This document shows, piece by piece, positions 4,483 to 7,397 of a stretch of DNA of 7,397 nucleotides (its first letter is position 1; each line of letters opens with the position of its first letter). The stretch covers positions 1 to 7,397 of IMG/VR virus record IMGVR_UViG_2531839585_000005, one strand, 5' to 3'. A program made the position numbers and the translations under genes. Origin of the DNA: a virus (lineage: Duplodnaviria; Heunggongvirae; Uroviricota; Caudoviricetes). The notes beneath the pieces are model-generated. The model saw only the letters and a program-made list of their open reading frames with translations. It was not told where the DNA came from and ran no database searches.

Positions 4483-6648
4483 ATGAGCACAAAATTCAGA
4501 ACCGTTATCACCACTGCCGGTGCAGCAAAGCTGGCAGCGGCAACCGCGCCGGGAGGGCGGAAGGTCAACATTACCACGATGGCCGTCGGGGATGGCGGTG
4601 GTAAATTGCCTGTCCCGGATGCCGGACAGACCGGGCTTATCCACGAAGTCTGGCGACATGCGCTGAACAAAATCAGCCAGGACAAACGAAACAGTAATTA
4701 TATTATCGCAGAGCTGGTTATTCCGCCGGAGGTGGGCGGTTTCTGGATGCGTGAACTTGGCCTGTACGATGATGCGGGAACTAATTGCCGTGGCGAACAT
4801 GGCCGAAAGTTATAAGCCAGCCTTGCCGAAGGCTCAGGGCGTTCGCAGACCTGCGCATGGTCATCATCGTCAGCAGTGTGGCCTCAGTGGGCTGACCATT
4901 GACACCACAACGGTGATGGCACGCAGGATTACGTTGATGACAAAATTGCAGACATGAACAGTCACGACGTCACCCGACGCCTCGCTGACCGCAAAAGGTT
5001 TTACTCAGTTAAGCATGCGACCAACAGCACGTCTGAAACACTGGCCGCAACGCCGAAAGCGGTAAAGGCCGCGTATGACTTGCTAACGGGAAATAACGCC
5101 AGGAGCCACCAAGCGCGAAAAGGCCTTGTCCAGCTCAGTAGGCCACCAACAGCGATTCTGAAACGCTTGCGGCAACGCCAAAGGCGGTTAAGACAGCGTA
5201 TGACCTTGCTAACGGGAAATACACTGCACAGGAGCCACCACGCGCGAAAGGTCTTGTCAGCTCAGTAGCGCCACCAACAGGATTCTGAAACGCTGGCTGC
5301 AACATCAAAAGCGGTGAAGTCTGCCTATGACAATGCTGAAAAACGTCTTCAGAAAGATCAGAACGGTGCGGATATTCCGGGAAAGGATACCTTCACGAAA
5401 AATATCGGTGCCTGTCGTGCTTATAGCGGCGCTTTGAGCACTGAAGCCGGAAACTGGACAACCGCTCAGTTTATTGAATGGCTGGATTCCCGTGGTGCAT
5501 TTAATCATCCGTACTGGATGTGCAAAGGCTCCTGGTCATATGCAAATAACAAAATCATTACGGATACCGGATGTGGTGATATCCACCTGGCTGGTTGTGT
5601 CGTCGAGGTCATGGGAACTAAATCTGCAATCACTATTCGAGTGACCACGCCGACAACATCAAGTGGTGGCGGTACAACCAGCGCGCAATTCACTTACATA
5701 AATCATGGGGACGGCTACTCCCCCGGCTGGCGTCGTGACTGGAATCGTCAGGGCGACGCAATGACCGGAACGATTAATCAGGATGGCGGAAGCCAGAATG
5801 CCTATATGTCTACGGCCTTATGTTCAGGCACCAGAGGCGGCAAAAAATATCTCAGAAAGTTTCGTGGTGGAGAAGGAGACACTATCTGGCATGAAACAGT
5901 ACAGGGCGGGGTAATTCGCTGGGCGACAGGAAACTATGACGCTCAGGAAGAATTATCACTCAGCTCCGCTTATGGTCTCCGTTCAAGAGGTGAGATTACA
6001 TCACTCAGTGCTAATGGTCTGCGCATTGCTTATGGCAATTATGGATTCTTTATCAGGAATGATGGCGGCAGCACATATTTAATGCTGACGGCCTCTGGCG
6101 ATAAATTAGGCACATAGAACAATTTAAGACCGCTGACTATAAATAACGCCAAGGGCGCAGTATCAATGGGGCATGGCCTGAATGTTACTGGTGATATTGT
6201 CTCAAGTACCAAAGTACGTGCCGGTAGCGGGAAAAAATTCACGGTCAGCAGCAGTAATACATCCACGAAGGAAGCCGCATTCAATTTGTGGGGAAACTCA
6301 AGTCGTCCGGTGGTGGCTGAATTAGGTGATGATGCAGGCTGGCATTTTTACAGTCAGAGAAATACAGATAACAGCATCACGTTTGCTGTTAACGGTCAGG
6401 TATCACCATCTAACTATAGTAATTTTGATTCACGCTATGTCCGGGATATCCGGCTTGGTGGTGCTGCCACATACAAACCTGCGAACAATGGCATGACATG
6501 GACACATCAGGCACCGTCCGGGTGTGTATATTCCGGCATTATTGTTCAGGATACCGGCTCAAACTCTGCCGATAACATTGGTGGCATATATTACAGACCG
6601 GTGCAGAAATACATTAACGGGACTTGGTATAACGTGGCGCAGGTATAA
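4483..6648 (+). pseudogene. H: Tail fibre protein H (mosaic). 5' third is frame-disrupted, one in-frame TAG at 6115-6117, otherwise continuous
   Basis: ATG at 4483 preceded by GAGG. Frame +1 reads MSTKFRTVITTAGAAKLAAATAPGGRKVNITTMAVGDGGGKLPVPDAGQTGLIHEVWRHALNKISQDKRNSNYIIAELVIPPEVGGFWMRELGLYDDAGT, the gpH N-terminus. From about 4778 the continuation (LIAVANMAESYKPAL, LAEGSGR, RMVIIVSSVASV, LTIDTTTVMA, then the ATNSTSETLAATPKAVK repeats) is scattered over three frames up to about 5280. From 5281 to 6648 a single frame +1 runs cleanly apart from the TAG at 6115-6117 (track ORFs 5314-6117 and 6166-6648). The C-terminus ...NFDSRYVRDIRLG...RPVQKYINGTWYNVAQV is the conserved P2-H-type tail-fibre terminus. 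Confidence 0.85.
5006..5337 (+). repeat. Three imperfect direct tandem repeats of ~126 bp inside H, encoding a repeated tail-fibre motif
   Basis: Copy 1 about 5006-5130, copy 2 about 5131-5258, copy 3 (partial, diverging) about 5259-5337. Each encodes a variant of QLSSATNS(T/D)SETLAAT(P/S)KAVK(A/T/S)AYDLANGKYTAQEATTARKGLV. The copies differ by substitutions and 1-bp indels. Confidence 0.7.
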
Positions 6649-6651
6649 TTT

Positions 6652-7179
6652 ATGCAGCATTTGATAAATATAACGGCAGGTAATCCAAAAACGGTTGAAC
6701 AATATCAATTGACAAAGGACTTTGATGTTGTCTGGTTTTTTTCAGAAGATGGTAAGAACTGGTACGAAGAACAAAAGTATTTTGCTGATGACACGATAAA
6801 AATAGCGTACGACAAAGATAATATCATCCGCTATGTGGAAAAGGATGTGACAGCTATCAGACCGGATGGATTAAGTGTGGTTGAAGTGGCGGATATTACT
6901 GCTAACCGACGGGCGGATATTTCAGGGGGCTGGATGTTTAAGGACGGCAAAGTGATTAAACGCATTTATACGGCAGATGAATTGCGGCGGCAGGCAGAAA
7001 TTCGGAAAGTCAGACTTCTTGCAGATGCTGAATCCGTGATTTTGCCGCTGGAGCGCGCTGTCAGGCTGAACATGGCAACAGATGAGGAGCGTAGCCGACT
7101 GGAAGCATGGGAGCGTTACAGCGTTCTGGTCAGTCGTGTGGATCCTGCAAATCCTGAATGGCCGGAAATGCCGCAATAA
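6652..7179 (+). CDS. G: Tail fibre assembly protein G (Tfa-type chaperone)
   Basis: Intact 175-codon ORF starting 3 nt after the H stop: [44 protein letters not shown]...[42 protein letters not shown]. The C-terminal half is recognised as the P2 gpG/Tfa family. Position immediately 3' of the tail-fibre gene fits. Confidence 0.9.
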   Translation: MQHLINITAGNPKTVEQYQLTKDFDVVWFFSEDGKNWYEEQKYFADDTIKIAYDKDNIIRYVEKDVTAIRPDGLSVVEVADITANRRADISGGWMFKDGKVIKRIYTADELRRQAEIRKVRLLADAESVILPLERAVRLNMATDEERSRLEAWERYSVLVSRVDPANPEWPEMPQ

Positions 7180-7213
7180 GTTGTATGAGTTCTGGTGTGA
7201 GCTTACACATCTA

Positions 7214-7255
7214 TGGCACAGAGTAAAGCCTAATCTGACAGTTCGCTCTGTGCCA
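7214..7255. repeat. Perfect 10-bp inverted repeat (TGGCACAGAG / CTCTGTGCCA) separated by 22 nt, in the A+T-rich region after G
   Basis: Positions 7214-7223 and 7246-7255 are exact reverse complements. No T-run follows, so it is not a canonical intrinsic terminator. It could be a protein-binding site, an RNA stem-loop at the operon 3' end, or the junction of inserted DNA. Confidence 0.5.
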
Positions 7256-7397
7256 AGAGCGGACGTTACTACTACTCGACCTAAAGTAAAGCAATTGTAC
7301 TCATTAAATAGTGGTAATTGGGTCTGGTGCTTAATCGAACGAAATCTCATGTTAGGCGAAAAAAACGTCTGAAAAATCGATTAACACATACACCTGT

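Noticed and set aside
3975-4685. 236-aa minus-strand ORF
   Set aside because: Lies entirely antisense to the clearly recognisable I and H genes in GC-rich DNA. Its translation is low-complexity and rich in R/P/C with no recognisable motif. Judged a shadow ORF.
5314-5316. GTG at 5314 as an independent gene start (track ORF 5314-6117)
   Set aside because: The frame is open and coding-like upstream of this GTG and continues the tail-fibre repeat motif, so this is an internal codon of H.
4483-7179. Invertase-driven invertible tail-fibre segment (Mu G-segment / P1 C-segment / e14 P-segment type)
   Set aside because: No inverted alternative fibre C-terminus or chaperone gene on the minus strand, no recognisable 26-bp crossover-site pair, and no recombinase gene in the window. 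H and G are in the simple P2 arrangement.
6922-7350. 142-aa minus-strand ORF starting in the region after G and running antisense into G
   Set aside because: About 260 bp of it is antisense to the well-supported G gene. The translation is hydrophobic and Cys-rich with no recognisable domain. The 5' 57 codons in the A+T-rich region have no clear RBS. Kept only as a note in case downstream sequence shows a leftward gene here.
7082-7372. 96-aa plus-strand ORF overlapping the G 3' end out of frame
   Set aside because: Overlaps the conserved C-terminus of G in another frame and continues into A+T-rich DNA with no RBS. Likely spurious.
1-7397. Programmed ribosomal frameshifting or recoding as the explanation for the multi-frame genes
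   Set aside because: There are far too many frame changes per gene (more than ten in J), with no slippery-site or stimulatory-structure pattern, and stops are encountered almost immediately in the shifted frames. Indels are the parsimonious explanation.
1-7397. tRNA, rRNA, CRISPR array, IS element or integrase
   Set aside because: No cloverleaf-like conserved tRNA motifs, no regularly spaced direct repeats with unique spacers, no terminal inverted repeats flanking a transposase-like ORF, and no recombinase-like translation were seen in any frame.

Overview
The window is a contiguous, same-strand (+) block from a P2-like (Peduovirus-type) prophage or phage: the end of the lysis cassette (endolysin K C-terminus, lysA, the overlapping spanin pair lysB/lysC), tail completion genes R and S, then the baseplate and tail-fibre operon V-W-J-I-H-G. 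It ends in about 220 bp of A+T-rich non-coding DNA after G. Gene identities come from reading the translations and recognising P2-family proteins from memory; no search was run. No tRNA, rRNA, CRISPR array, IS element or invertase-type invertible segment was seen. The most striking feature is that lysA, V, J and the 5' half of H cannot be translated as single frames. Their expected protein sequence is all present but hops between the three forward frames every few tens of bp, in four discrete blocks (about 130-300, 2230-2580, 3455-3930, 4770-5290). Meanwhile lysB, lysC, R, S, W, I, G and the 3' half of H are intact. That pattern fits indel-type sequencing or assembly error in low-quality blocks better than natural decay, but I cannot distinguish the two from sequence alone. 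H also carries one in-frame amber codon (6115-6117), three tandem ~126-bp repeats, and a distal region that differs from P2 H and is more A+T-rich, as is G. I found no complete novel system in this window. The best candidate location for accessory or defence cargo is immediately beyond the 3' end, at the position after G where P2-like phages carry a variable locus.
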